Positions 9,564-19,785 are shown, counted from the stretch's first letter. The stretch is 41,213 nucleotides of DNA from a virus (IMGVR_UViG_3300031953_000047:1-41213); one strand, 5' to 3'. The notes: generated from the sequence alone by a model not told the origin. Made by a program: numbers and translations.

Positions 9564-9617
9564 CGAGCGCACATCACGGCCACCTACGGGTGGCTTCTCT
9601 CATTTAAGGAGCCGCCC

Positions 9618-11618
9618 ATGAGCGTAGAACTCGCCACCGCGTATATCAGCCTGGTTCCCTCGACGCGCGGGTTCGCCGCTGAGACGAATAAGCAGATCGC
9701 CCCGGCAATGGCTAAACAGGGCGGGCAGATCGGCGACGGGATGCTCGCCGGCATCGGCAAGTCGCTCAAGATTGGCGCGGTCGCTGTCGGTGCTGTCGCG
9801 GTCGGCGGCATCGGCACGGCCCTGGTAAAGGGGTTCTCTCGCCTCGATGGGCTCGATCAGGCGAACGCGAAACTGTCGGGCCTGGGGCACTCTGCCGAAA
9901 CGGTCGAGGGCATCATGAACAACTCGTTGGCGTCTGTCAAGGGCACGGCGTTCGGCATGGATGCGGCCGCGGGTACGGCTGCGCAGATGGTCGCCTCGGG
10001 CATCAAGCCGGGCGCGGATCTCGAGCGCACCCTCAAGAACGTTGCGGATGCCGCGACCATCGCTGGCGTGGACATGGGCTCGATGGGCTCAATCTTCGGC
10101 AAGGTCGCGGCATCGGGCAAGGTGCAGGGCGACGTTATCGCGCAGCTCTCCGATGCGGGCGTGCCTGCTCTGGCGCTCCTGTCCAAGGAGCTCGGCGTCA
10201 CCGCTGAAGAGGCAAGCGCAATGGCCTCCCGTGGTGAGATTGACTTCGCCACGTTCCAGAACGCGATGGAATCCGGCATGGGTGGCGCTGCCCTCGAGTC
10301 CGGTAACACCTTCTCGGGCACGATGGACAACATGGGCGCGGCCCTCGGTCGCGTCGGCGCAAACCTGCTCTCGGGAATCTTCCCGCAGATGAAAGACGGA
10401 CTCGGCGGCATCACGGACTTCCTCGGGCCGCTCGAGGAAAAGGCCAAGGATGCTGGCGCCGCGTTCAGCGTGTGGGCTGCCGACGTCGGGCCAAAGGTTG
10501 TTGACGTGCTCAAGGGCATCGGCGACTTCGGCGGCAAGGCGTTCGCGTGGGTTAGCGAGAATATCGGGCTGCTCAAGACGATCGGCGGGGTGATTCTCGG
10601 CCTCGCTGCTGGCATCCTCGTGTACCGCGGCGTCATGGCCCTAATCGCACTTCCGACACAGATCGCGGCAGCGGCGCAGCTCGCATGGAATGCGGCCATG
10701 TTGCTGAACCCGATCGGATTAGTTGTCGTGGCCATCATCGCTTTGGTCGCCGCGATTATCTGGGTCGCGACTCAGACCACGTTCTTTCAGGACGTGTGGG
10801 CGGCGGTGTCGAAGTTCTTCATCGACACATGGAACAACATCGTTGCGTTCTTCACAAGTGTCTGGGATGGCATTATCGCTTTCCTTGGCGCCGCCATCGA
10901 CTTCATTCTTGGCCTGTTCTTCAAGTTTCACCCGCTCGGCATCATCATCGCGAACTGGCAGCCGATCGTGGATTTCCTAAAAAATATGTGGGACAACATT
11001 GTGTCGTTCGTGGGGAAAGCCATCGGCGCGGTCGGGGCTGTCATTGGGTCCGTCGTGAGGGGGATCAGTTCCGCCTGGTCCTCAATGTGGGGCGGCATCA
11101 GCTCCTTCTTCTCCGGGATCTGGGACGGCATCGTTTCGGCGGTCCAGTCGTTCGGCGGATTCTTCAAGTCGGCATTCAGCGGCATCTCCGGATTCGTGAC
11201 CAACGCATTCTCCGGCGTACTGAACGCGGTGAAGGGTCCGATCAACGGGATCATCGGCATCGTCAACGGCGCCATTCGGGCGCTCAATGGGCTGTCCGTG
11301 GCGATTCCTGACTGGGTGCCGGTCGTCGGTGGGCAAACCTTCGGGCTGAGCCTGCCAACCATTCCGAAGCTCGCAGCCGGTGGCATCGTGTCGAAGCGCC
11401 CGGGCGGCATCATCGCGAACGTTGGCGAGGGGCGCTATGACGAGGCCGTCGTGCCGTTGACGCCGGCGTTCCTCAAGTCGCTCGGCGGCGGTGGTGGCGA
11501 CACGTACGTGCAAAACCCGTTCACGGGCGAGTACCTACTGGCGAAGGTCGGGCAGGTTGCGGGGTCGGTCGTGAAGACGGCCGCGAATGCTCGTGACTCT
11601 CAAATTCGACGCAACTAG
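9618..11618 (+). CDS. tape measure protein
   Basis: VELATAYISLVPS start, tape-measure domain (VKGTAFG, GKVQGD), Trp/Phe periodic repeats, LAAGG near the end. Confidence 0.95.
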   Translation: MSVELATAYISLVPSTRGFAAETNKQIAPAMAKQGGQIGDGMLAGIGKSLKIGAVAVGAVAVGGIGTALVKGFSRLDGLDQANAKLSGLGHSAETVEGIMNNSLASVKGTAFGMDAAAGTAAQMVASGIKPGADLERTLKNVADAATIAGVDMGSMGSIFGKVAASGKVQGDVIAQLSDAGVPALALLSKELGVTAEEASAMASRGEIDFATFQNAMESGMGGAALESGNTFSGTMDNMGAALGRVGANLLSGIFPQMKDGLGGITDFLGPLEEKAKDAGAAFSVWAADVGPKVVDVLKGIGDFGGKAFAWVSENIGLLKTIGGVILGLAAGILVYRGVMALIALPTQIAAAAQLAWNAAMLLNPIGLVVVAIIALVAAIIWVATQTTFFQDVWAAVSKFFIDTWNNIVAFFTSVWDGIIAFLGAAIDFILGLFFKFHPLGIIIANWQPIVDFLKNMWDNIVSFVGKAIGAVGAVIGSVVRGISSAWSSMWGGISSFFSGIWDGIVSAVQSFGGFFKSAFSGISGFVTNAFSGVLNAVKGPINGIIGIVNGAIRALNGLSVAIPDWVPVVGGQTFGLSLPTIPKLAAGGIVSKRPGGIIANVGEGRYDEAVVPLTPAFLKSLGGGGGDTYVQNPFTGEYLLAKVGQVAGSVVKTAANARDSQIRRN

Positions 11619-11631
11619 ATAGAGGATTCTG

Positions 11632-12462
11632 ATGGCTTTTGCCCCCGTAATAACCACGTACTTGGGTGCGAATCCGTGCCCTCGTGCGGAGGTTCTGTTC
11701 GAGAGCTTCGCGGCGGGCACGGTGAAGGTCACCGTGTACCGCTCGACGGGGCTGCGGAAGTATCAGGTGCGCGGCGCCGTGAACGCTCAGGTCGCCGGCG
11801 CGCTGACGAGGATCGACTTTGAGATCCCGTTCGGCGTGCCGGTTAGCTATTGGGCCGAGCAATTCGACGCTGGCGGGCTGTCTCTTGGCGAAACGGACAA
11901 GACGACATCCATGCTCAACTGTTGGGAAACGTGGATTCATAATCCGCTCGACCCGCATAACGCCGTGAGTGTCGTGCTGATCCAAGGCGCGGCACAGTCG
12001 ATCTCTCGGCCCGTGTCGGGTGAGCGCGTGCAGCCTATGGGCCGTCATGTTGGCATGTTCATCGGGGGCGCCCGTGGTGGCGTGACTGGCCTGAATATGG
12101 ACTGCTTCACGGACTCCGACGAGGTGGCGGACAAGCTATCCGTCATGGTCGGCGATTACGAATCCACGACCGTCCCCGTGCTGTGCCTGCGTACTGGCGC
12201 GGGCATGAAGATGCGCATACCTCAGCCGTTCTTTGCTGCGGTCCCTGATCCGCGCGAAGAAGGCGTGGACCTGAACCGTGGCGGCTCGAGCATCGTGTGG
12301 CGCATGACAGGTGATGAGGTCGACCCGCCCGCACCTGGCATCTTCATCCCGCTACTGACCAACGCCGACATCAACGCCTTCTACCTAACGAACGCGGCGG
12401 TCAACACCAACGCCACCAACCTCGACGTAAACCGTCGTTACGATCTGATTGGGGCTAGCTAA
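11632..12462 (+). CDS. minor tail protein (distal tail-like)
   Basis: Follows TMP; DFEIPFGVPVSY.AE, WIHNP. Confidence 0.75.
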   Translation: MAFAPVITTYLGANPCPRAEVLFESFAAGTVKVTVYRSTGLRKYQVRGAVNAQVAGALTRIDFEIPFGVPVSYWAEQFDAGGLSLGETDKTTSMLNCWETWIHNPLDPHNAVSVVLIQGAAQSISRPVSGERVQPMGRHVGMFIGGARGGVTGLNMDCFTDSDEVADKLSVMVGDYESTTVPVLCLRTGAGMKMRIPQPFFAAVPDPREEGVDLNRGGSSIVWRMTGDEVDPPAPGIFIPLLTNADINAFYLTNAAVNTNATNLDVNRRYDLIGAS

Positions 12463-13571
12463 TGAGGGCGCACACTGACGAACTAGCGGATGTCCTGAAG
12501 GGCAGCTTCTCGCGCCGCCTGATTGCTGATGTCTTCCACGGCACCGATCGTGTAATGCAGAATCTCGACTTGACCTCGTGGACGCTTGACGGCGACCTAA
12601 ACGCGGAGGTCAAGCATGGCGGGCGCGGTACGGTCACGCACTTGTCCGAGGCTGGCGAATCCCTGGTGCCGATTGGTTCCGAGGGTATCCTGTCGCCGTT
12701 TCGTGCGTCGCTGTTGCTGCTGATGGAGATCAGTGCGGGTGACTTTTCGGAGACGATCACGCTCGGTTGGTTCCGCATCACGAGCATCCCGAGCGCCCGC
12801 GATTTCTACGGCGATGTGAACGGTGTCTCGACGGTGATTTCGTCTCAGGTTGAGGTCATCTTCGAGTCGCTGGACGTGAATCTGAAGCGGCGCGGGTTTC
12901 GTTCGGAGCAGCAGCCGCCGTCATTGACTTCGGTTTACACGGAGCTTCGGCGCATTACGAACATGCCGGTCCTCGAAACGGTCGCTGACAAGGCTATCCC
13001 GACCGCCATTGTCTACGAGGCGACCCAGGGCGGGCGACTGAAGGCCGTGCAAGCATTGGCGGGGTTGCTGGGTGGGGTCGCGGTTGTGGACCCGTCAGGC
13101 GCCATCGTCGTCGTCCCGAGTGTGGCGGGCGAGTCGAATGCCGAGCTTGTCGTTGGCGAGCAGGGCACGGTAATGGATGTCCCCTATGCGATCGAGACTG
13201 ACACGGTTTACAACTGTGTCGTCGGAAATTTCGAGGATGCAGACCGTAACCCGATCTATGCCGTCGCTGAGGTCACGATTGGCCCGATGGCGACGAGCGG
13301 TGCGGGTGGCGAGAATACCCTCTACTGCGGCGACGATTTCGTGAAGACGCAGGCAGCCGCAGACAGTGCGGTCGCTGCGATCCTCTCCCAGTCTACGGGG
13401 CAGCAGGAGTTCAACGTGGACATTCAATGCGTCGTAAACCCGCTGCTTGAACTGGGTGACGTGGCGGATGTCCTCGGGCATGTTCGACCGCTGAAGGGGC
13501 AACTCGTGCGGTATTCGATGAGCGATTCCCCGCTGATGAATGTGACATTGGCAAGCTCGAGGACGCTATGA
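12462..13571 (+). CDS. minor tail protein (baseplate hub-like)
   Basis: LGWFRIT, VYNCVVG, VNPLLELGD motifs. Confidence 0.75.
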   Translation: MRAHTDELADVLKGSFSRRLIADVFHGTDRVMQNLDLTSWTLDGDLNAEVKHGGRGTVTHLSEAGESLVPIGSEGILSPFRASLLLLMEISAGDFSETITLGWFRITSIPSARDFYGDVNGVSTVISSQVEVIFESLDVNLKRRGFRSEQQPPSLTSVYTELRRITNMPVLETVADKAIPTAIVYEATQGGRLKAVQALAGLLGGVAVVDPSGAIVVVPSVAGESNAELVVGEQGTVMDVPYAIETDTVYNCVVGNFEDADRNPIYAVAEVTIGPMATSGAGGENTLYCGDDFVKTQAAADSAVAAILSQSTGQQEFNVDIQCVVNPLLELGDVADVLGHVRPLKGQLVRYSMSDSPLMNVTLASSRTL

Positions 13572-14428
13572 GTACCGCCGATGAGCTAATACTCAAGCAG
13601 CTGAAGACGATCCCCGATGTGGCGTCGAAGCTGGGCGTGTTCGTGCGCATGGACGGGCCGCTTGCAGTGGTGAACGTGGGCAAGTCGATCGTCTCCATTC
13701 CTGTCTCGGGTTTCTATTCTCCGATTGCGGGCATGAGCGTTCAGCTTGAACGGCGCAACGGCAGCCTGATCGTTACGGGGCCGTCCAAGCAGCTACCGGC
13801 GCTGGGCGTTATGACGTCGAGCGGCACCCCGAAAGCCACGGTGCTCGCGGGTGGCATCGAGTACACGCTGGGGATGCGCGACACATACACGCCGACGATT
13901 GGCGATGACGTTGAAATCAACTGGTTTAGCGGGTTGATTCAGGGGAAGGTCAAGGGGCTTGCGGTTGTCGCTGCCCCAATTGAGAATCCTCCTGCCGGGT
14001 CGGCGCCATTCTCGAACTTGCGCATCATGGCTGAGACTTCGGGCAGCTACATTTCGCGGTGGTGGACGAACGATGTCTACAACGGCGACAACAACACGGG
14101 CGCGTGGTTCTATGGCGCCCGGGTTGCTGATGGCCTCCGTGGCGCGACGATCAAGAAGATCGAGATATTCCTGAACCCTCGGCGCGCTTCCGGTTACGCG
14201 CCGCAAGTTGGCACGCACACGTCGGGGTCAAAGCCTGGCGGGAACGTAACCGTGTCTGGTCAGATCGCACTCGAGCCTCGCAGCGGGTGGGTTGAAATTC
14301 CCCTGTCGTGGGCGGCTGTGTTGCAGGCTGGCGGCGGCATCGGCGTTACCCCTTCCGGCTATACCATCTGGCGCGGCACCGGCTCAGATGCCCTCTCAGG
14401 CGCTCTCCGGTTCTCTGGCACTCGCTAA
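13568..14428 (+). CDS. minor tail protein
   Basis: GAWFYG, GWVEIPLSW, SGALR motifs; synteny. Confidence 0.75.
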   Translation: MSTADELILKQLKTIPDVASKLGVFVRMDGPLAVVNVGKSIVSIPVSGFYSPIAGMSVQLERRNGSLIVTGPSKQLPALGVMTSSGTPKATVLAGGIEYTLGMRDTYTPTIGDDVEINWFSGLIQGKVKGLAVVAAPIENPPAGSAPFSNLRIMAETSGSYISRWWTNDVYNGDNNTGAWFYGARVADGLRGATIKKIEIFLNPRRASGYAPQVGTHTSGSKPGGNVTVSGQIALEPRSGWVEIPLSWAAVLQAGGGIGVTPSGYTIWRGTGSDALSGALRFSGTR

Positions 14429-14443
14429 CACTCAACCATTTAC

Positions 14444-14467
14444 GGCCTCGCTTCGGTGGGGCTTTTT
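14444..14467 (+). terminator. intrinsic terminator
   Basis: ggcctcgc-ttcg-gtggggct plus T run. Confidence 0.75.
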
Positions 14468-14484
14468 CGCTTTAAGGAGCAACG

Positions 14485-15027
14485 ATGACCGCTACGTCAT
14501 GGGGACCAAAGAACGAGCCCGAGTTTGCCGATGGGGATGCACCCGATGTCGCGCTGAACCCGAAGCAGGCCGCGGCGTATGCGGGGAAGGTCGGCAACCG
14601 TCGTGTTGGCACTACTGCGGAGCGTAACGCGGCGGCAGGTAAAGACCTGTGGGTCGGCCTCGCATGGGGCGATACCACGGACGGCAACGATTACAAGTAC
14701 ACGTCGGGCGGGTGGGTTGTCACATACGAGAACGGGACGTGGGTGAACCTCACGCTTCAGGATTCGGCGACCGTCGTGGATGGCCTCACTCCGCAGTATC
14801 GGCGCAAGAATGGCGTGACGTTCGTTCATGGGCGACTGACGCAGCCTAACGCGACATCGTTCACGATCCCTGCCGGTTTTCGTCCGAATACCGAGATGCG
14901 GCTTGCGGCTGTTACTGGCTCGTCTGGTTCTGGCGTCGCGGTGTTCGTCATCAATTCCGCGGGCGTTGGTTTCACTGCGGCGGGCGCAGTGATTAACGTG
15001 AACTTCTCGTGGATCGCTGACGCCTGA
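14485..15027 (+). CDS. minor tail / fibre protein
   Basis: GTTAERNA motif; C-terminal YRRKNGV.FVHG, TIPAGFRP receptor-binding-type domain. Confidence 0.7.
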   Translation: MTATSWGPKNEPEFADGDAPDVALNPKQAAAYAGKVGNRRVGTTAERNAAAGKDLWVGLAWGDTTDGNDYKYTSGGWVVTYENGTWVNLTLQDSATVVDGLTPQYRRKNGVTFVHGRLTQPNATSFTIPAGFRPNTEMRLAAVTGSSGSGVAVFVINSAGVGFTAAGAVINVNFSWIADA

Positions 15028-15794
15028 TGATTACCCTAATTCGTCCGGCGAATAAGGAACCGGGGCGGCGTTACGGTGACGTGGCGGTTCCTGGCGTGTC
15101 TACGATCCGGCACAACGGCAACGATTACGGGTGGGGTTCCGGCAGTCAGGTGTACGCGGCTGCTGCTGGTCGTGTCGCGTTCGTGAGGTGGGGTCGGTAC
15201 GCGCCGACGAACAACCGTTATGGCGGGTACGGGAATTACATCCTGCTCGACCACGGCAACGGGTACTCCACCCTGTACGCGCACATTCCCGGCAGCACTC
15301 CCCTGGTGAGTGTTGGTCAGCAGGTGACCGCCCGCCAGCAGATCGCGTGGATGGGCAACACGGGCAATGCGAGCGGCGTGCACCTGCACTTCGAGTTGCG
15401 CATCAACGGCGGCATTGTCGACCCGAACCCGTACATCAGCAGCTCAACCGTAGCGGCATCCACGAAGGCCCCCATTGAAGTTTTGACCCCGAAGGAAGAA
15501 GACGACATGTTCACTGACGCTGACCGCGCACTACTGGGGCAGGCAGCCCTCGCAAATAACCTGCCTGTGCTTGTGCGAACCGAGGCGAGCGTGAAGGTGT
15601 GGCTGTCGAACCTCGTCACGCGGCGCCTTGTCGATGACGAGGTTGAACTTGCCGCCGTGCAGAGCTCGCTTGCTGGTCGCGGTCTTGACTCGGGCGTGAA
15701 CTTTGTCCCGGAGCTGGGCGTGTTCGGTGTCGCGATCCTGACCGACGCTGAGCGGGACACGCTCACGACTGGTCAAGTCGCTGGCACTGAGTGA
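15027..15794 (+). CDS. endolysin, M23 peptidase
   Basis: HNGND, VYAAAAGRV, GYGNY, TLYAH, GNTGNASGVHLHFE. Confidence 0.92.
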   Translation: MITLIRPANKEPGRRYGDVAVPGVSTIRHNGNDYGWGSGSQVYAAAAGRVAFVRWGRYAPTNNRYGGYGNYILLDHGNGYSTLYAHIPGSTPLVSVGQQVTARQQIAWMGNTGNASGVHLHFELRINGGIVDPNPYISSSTVAASTKAPIEVLTPKEEDDMFTDADRALLGQAALANNLPVLVRTEASVKVWLSNLVTRRLVDDEVELAAVQSSLAGRGLDSGVNFVPELGVFGVAILTDAERDTLTTGQVAGTE

Positions 15795-15907
15795 CCAAGC
15801 ACCCTCGGCGACTGCTTGAACAGACGCCGAGGGCTGGACCAACTTCCTGAACACCAGAAAGCAGGCATTTATGAACGCTATCGGACATACCGACGACCAC
15901 ATGACCA

Positions 15908-16144
15908 ATGCCTGAGTGGGTACCAACCGTCGTTATCGCTGTCATTGCGGCATCGGGCGCATGGCTCACGGCTCGCATTAGCGCCAGATCCGGGTCATAT
16001 GGGCGCATCCGGGATCTTGAGGAACGCGTGGATCTCGTTGAGCGCCGTAATCAGATTCTGTGGAATTACAACCGGCAACTCATCAATCACATTTACGACG
16101 GCGCACCCCCGCCGCCCCCACCGATGCCTGAGGGCATCATCTAA
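15908..16144 (+). CDS. lysis-cassette membrane protein (1 TM plus coiled coil)
   Basis: Hydrophobic N-terminus, coiled coil, Pro-rich tail. Confidence 0.7.
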   Translation: MPEWVPTVVIAVIAASGAWLTARISARSGSYGRIRDLEERVDLVERRNQILWNYNRQLINHIYDGAPPPPPPMPEGII

Positions 16145-16153
16145 GGAGACACC

Positions 16154-16411
16154 ATGAACGCTTTCATCATCGCCCTTATCCGCACTGTTGTCCCGGCTGG
16201 TGTCGGCCTGCTGTTCGGCTGGCTCGCTTCGATCGGCATTGGCCTTGACGCTGAAACACAGTCGGGCCTTGTCGCTGGTCTGAGCCTGACGATCACCGGC
16301 CTGTACTACGCCGGCGTGACGTGGGCCGCTGCGAAGTACCCGGCGTTCGGCTGGCTGCTCGGTGTCGCTGCTACCCCGAAGTACAGCACCGGCAAGCACG
16401 TCGCCGAATAG
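16154..16411 (+). CDS. holin
   Basis: IRTVVP, two TM segments, YY, GWLLG...P.Y motif of actinophage holins; SD aaggag. Confidence 0.8.
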   Translation: MNAFIIALIRTVVPAGVGLLFGWLASIGIGLDAETQSGLVAGLSLTITGLYYAGVTWAAAKYPAFGWLLGVAATPKYSTGKHVAE

Positions 16412-16473
16412 CTCAACCTCCAGGCGCTTCGGCGTAATCCCTCACCCCACTCGCACCAATCTTGGAGGCTTCT

Positions 16474-18594
16474 ATGCCGAACTTGCTCACTCCCCTACCG
16501 TTTCTGGATGCTTCTGGGCAGCCGGCGAACGGCTTCATTTTTGCTCAGGCGACCCGGACGTTTTCGACGGCTGACGGTTTCATCACGACGGCCCGCAGCA
16601 TGGGGCGGGTGGTAAATGGTGTTTTTCTGACGGCTGATGATTCCAAGTCGGACCCGTTCGTTTTGGTTACTGCGACGGCGGATGCGCCGTTGAGTATCGT
16701 AATCAAGCTGGATTCGTACACGACGGATGGGCGGCTGGTCCCGAATGGCGGCGGCGTTGCATCTCGCACGGTGACGGTCCCTGATGTTGGCACTGTGACG
16801 TGGTTGGATCTCGTTGACGTTGTGGCGGTGGCTGATGCTGTCCCGTATGTCATCCAGCCGTGGATGCAGGATGCCATGGATAACGCGGCGGCTGCTTCTG
16901 CTTCTGCGAGTGCTGCGGCGGCGTCGGCTGCGTCTGTCAACAATGTCATCGGTGCCGCGAATGGTGTGGCGCCGCTCGATGGGAGCTCCAAGGTTCCCGA
17001 CGCGAACCTGCCGACACGGCTCGGGGTGAGCGAACTATCCACCACGATTGACGCGCCTCGGAAGTCGATCTATCAGCACCGATCTGTTGGCGGGACCGAG
17101 CCGGGTGCATTCGTATCGTTCACCTTCGATGACGGCTACGGCACCGCCGCCACGTACTTCGACATGCTTGCAGCAAAAGGCGTGCAGGGCACCCTCTTTC
17201 TTTCGTCTGGCTACGTGGACCGGGCGGGAGATTCGCCTGACTGGCCCGGCGACACGTTCATTACCACGGCGCAGGTAAATGCGATCATTGCGCAAGGCCA
17301 CGAAATCGGAACGCACGGTGTAATGCATGAGTCTTACACCGCCTACCTTGCGGCAAACGGTCCCGACGCGCTCGACACTCTGATTACGGGTGCGATCAAT
17401 GATATTGAGACTCGCTTTCCCGGCGTCACCGTCAAGACTGGTGCGTATCCTTACGGGCATTCCACGCCTCTGATTCGGCAGATCATGGGCCGCACCCATG
17501 AGTTTTACCGCGGCACAAAAGGGAGGGTTGCGGAACGGGGGCAGGACCCCTTCGATGTGCTTTCGATCGACATACAGGGATTTACCGAGTCGGCAGTGAA
17601 AGCCTCTGTCGATAAGGCATTGGCGTCCCGGTCGCTGTGTGTATTCCTCGTACACGGCGCGCTCACCGCAACCCAAATCACAATGCTCGGAAACGTCATC
17701 GACTACGTGGCATCTCTCGGCATACCAATGGGCACGTTTTACGACGGAATGATTCGCCAGACCGTCATGCGGGGCACAGCGGGAGCGTCAGTGGACGCGG
17801 CGGGAAACGCCTACTACGAAACACTGCGCACCACCCGCGTCGAGATGGCACGAGGCGATGAGTCCGGCGATACTGCTTGGATGCGGCTCAATCCGGTAAC
17901 GAACTCACCGGTTTTTGATGCGTCAGGCGGGAACCGTTGGGAGTTTCGGAAGGGGCTACTTGCCGGGGCGGGTCTGGAAGTTGGGGAGAGGACCACTTAT
18001 GCCGATGTAACCATCACGGCGGGATCGGCCACGGCAACATCTCCGAGTGCTGGCTTCACGGCTGATGACGTAGGCCGCACCATTAGCGGTACTGGCATCC
18101 CCGCCTCGACAACGATCATTGCACGGGCAAGCGCGACTTCGGTGACGATGAGCGCGAACGCTACGGTGACCGGCGTTGTCGCGCTAGTGACCCTCGGACG
18201 CACCCTAGGGGTTACAAGCATGTCGGGTGAAGCGCGCTTTTATAACGCGATGAAAATTATTCGCGCTTCTGGATCTGCGATCGAATTTCGAACCTTAGCC
18301 GAGGTGCTGGAGGGGGCGCTCACGCCGACCACATGGAGCCGCGCTGGGGCAGGGGGCCCGATGACGATAGATTCTGGCACTGGCGGCTCAACGGTGACCA
18401 CGAAGGCGTATCGGCTGAACCTCGTTGACCACACAGGAGCGCGAAAGCTTGCGCTCTGTTCTTCCCTGCCGACCGACGCTTCACTCGTAGCAGGGGAGGC
18501 CGGGTTCTTCTTCGACGCTACGGCGGGCGCACTGGTGATCAAGGGGAAGAAGACTGATGGGACGGTCGTAACAGCGACCATCGCCATGACGTAG
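16474..18594 (+). CDS. tail spike/fibre-like protein with polysaccharide deacetylase (NodB/CE4) domain
   Basis: Ala-rich linker and GVAPLDGSSKVP fibre motif; CE4 motifs SFTFDDG, GHEIGTHG..H, AYPYG, FLVHG; SD ggagg before ATG 16474. Confidence 0.8.
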   Translation: MPNLLTPLPFLDASGQPANGFIFAQATRTFSTADGFITTARSMGRVVNGVFLTADDSKSDPFVLVTATADAPLSIVIKLDSYTTDGRLVPNGGGVASRTVTVPDVGTVTWLDLVDVVAVADAVPYVIQPWMQDAMDNAAAASASASAAAASAASVNNVIGAANGVAPLDGSSKVPDANLPTRLGVSELSTTIDAPRKSIYQHRSVGGTEPGAFVSFTFDDGYGTAATYFDMLAAKGVQGTLFLSSGYVDRAGDSPDWPGDTFITTAQVNAIIAQGHEIGTHGVMHESYTAYLAANGPDALDTLITGAINDIETRFPGVTVKTGAYPYGHSTPLIRQIMGRTHEFYRGTKGRVAERGQDPFDVLSIDIQGFTESAVKASVDKALASRSLCVFLVHGALTATQITMLGNVIDYVASLGIPMGTFYDGMIRQTVMRGTAGASVDAAGNAYYETLRTTRVEMARGDESGDTAWMRLNPVTNSPVFDASGGNRWEFRKGLLAGAGLEVGERTTYADVTITAGSATATSPSAGFTADDVGRTISGTGIPASTTIIARASATSVTMSANATVTGVVALVTLGRTLGVTSMSGEARFYNAMKIIRASGSAIEFRTLAEVLEGALTPTTWSRAGAGGPMTIDSGTGGSTVTTKAYRLNLVDHTGARKLALCSSLPTDASLVAGEAGFFFDATAGALVIKGKKTDGTVVTATIAMT

Positions 18595-18608
18595 CCGAAC
18601 CGCGCAAA

Positions 18609-19598
18609 TCAGCTCGTGGTGAGGTCGTCCAGTATTGATGTGAGGCGATGCTCGTAGGTGTGCTCCCGGTGGGCTCGTGACGCGGCGGCGTCGGCCACCG
18701 GGAGTCCCACTGCGCTGTCACCGAGCAGGCCGCGAAGCGTGGTGACGAGCCCGTCGTAGGTATCGAAGGTGAGCACTTCTTCACCCGGTGCGAACAAGTC
18801 ACGGAGCCCCACGCGTTCCTCCGTGACGACAACCGCCCCCGACGCGGCAGCCTCAAATAGTCGACAGTTCATACCGGCGTCCTCAGCCGGGTGCAGGTTG
18901 TTCAGCACTGCCACGGCGGACCGGAATACGTCAGCCTTCCGTTGGCGTGCAATGTACTCGCCAGTGTGCGCTTCGCGGAGCCGAGGGAAGTCAATCCACG
19001 ATGGCAGCGCCGCGCCGTAGATACGCACGGGGATTCCATCGCCTACCAGCCTGTCAAGAAGTAGAGCCCTGGTGGGATGGATATTCCCAGCGACCACAAC
19101 GGCCCGCTCGGCCCCATAGGGAAGAATCGAGCGATGCCATGACGAGTTCGCCGCTTCCGGCATGTATCGCACCGGAAGCCCCTGTACGTCCCTGAGCTGG
19201 TCCACGAGCACCGGGTTTTTCAGGTAGATGCGATCGTACCCAGCTACGAACATGTCATGGTTTGCCATTGTGCCGGTGTGGTCTGGGAACCAAAGGGCCA
19301 CCTTTGCGCCGACCTGGTGGGCGGCTTTGATGACGGTCGGGTGCAGCCGCCTGTCAATTGTCAGGAGAATGTCGGGCCGGATCTCTTGCACTCGTTTGAC
19401 CATTCGTCGCTGACGGAACTTATCTATCGCTCGCCGGTTGTCTGCGAGCAACTCCACCAAGTTTGACAGCTGCCGGACGCGCATAGGCGGTCGCGCCGCG
19501 CCTAACGAGTGCACGTCGTGCCCCATCCTTCGCAATGTGTCTGCCACATTGTCAGCGAATGCATCGGGTTCGGACGGTCCACACACAGCTATCTTCAT
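18609..19598 (-). CDS. glycosyltransferase (CgeB / Glyco_trans_1_2-like)
   Basis: ALWFPD, AGN.HPTR, VLNNLH...MNCRLFEAAASG, EHTYEHRL motifs; ggagg before ATG 19598. Confidence 0.85.
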   Translation of the reverse strand: MKIAVCGPSEPDAFADNVADTLRRMGHDVHSLGAARPPMRVRQLSNLVELLADNRRAIDKFRQRRMVKRVQEIRPDILLTIDRRLHPTVIKAAHQVGAKVALWFPDHTGTMANHDMFVAGYDRIYLKNPVLVDQLRDVQGLPVRYMPEAANSSWHRSILPYGAERAVVVAGNIHPTRALLLDRLVGDGIPVRIYGAALPSWIDFPRLREAHTGEYIARQRKADVFRSAVAVLNNLHPAEDAGMNCRLFEAAASGAVVVTEERVGLRDLFAPGEEVLTFDTYDGLVTTLRGLLGDSAVGLPVADAAASRAHREHTYEHRLTSILDDLTTS

Positions 19599-19685
19599 GC
19601 GTTGATCCTCCCATGCCCCGAACCTCAACCTGACACGCCAGATCAAACGTCCGTCTATCTCGCCCAGTTTGCCGCATAACTAACT

Positions 19686-19736
19686 AGCCCCAACTTCCAA
19701 ACCTTCACTGGTGCGGAGGTTGGGGCTTCTTTTTTT
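19686..19736 (+). terminator. intrinsic terminator closing the late operon
   Basis: agccccaacttcc / ggaggttggggct stem plus long T run. Confidence 0.8.
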
Positions 19737-19785
19737 GTGCCCATTGACCGGCCATTTTCCGTCTACCCCCTTCTTGGGTGCCGCG

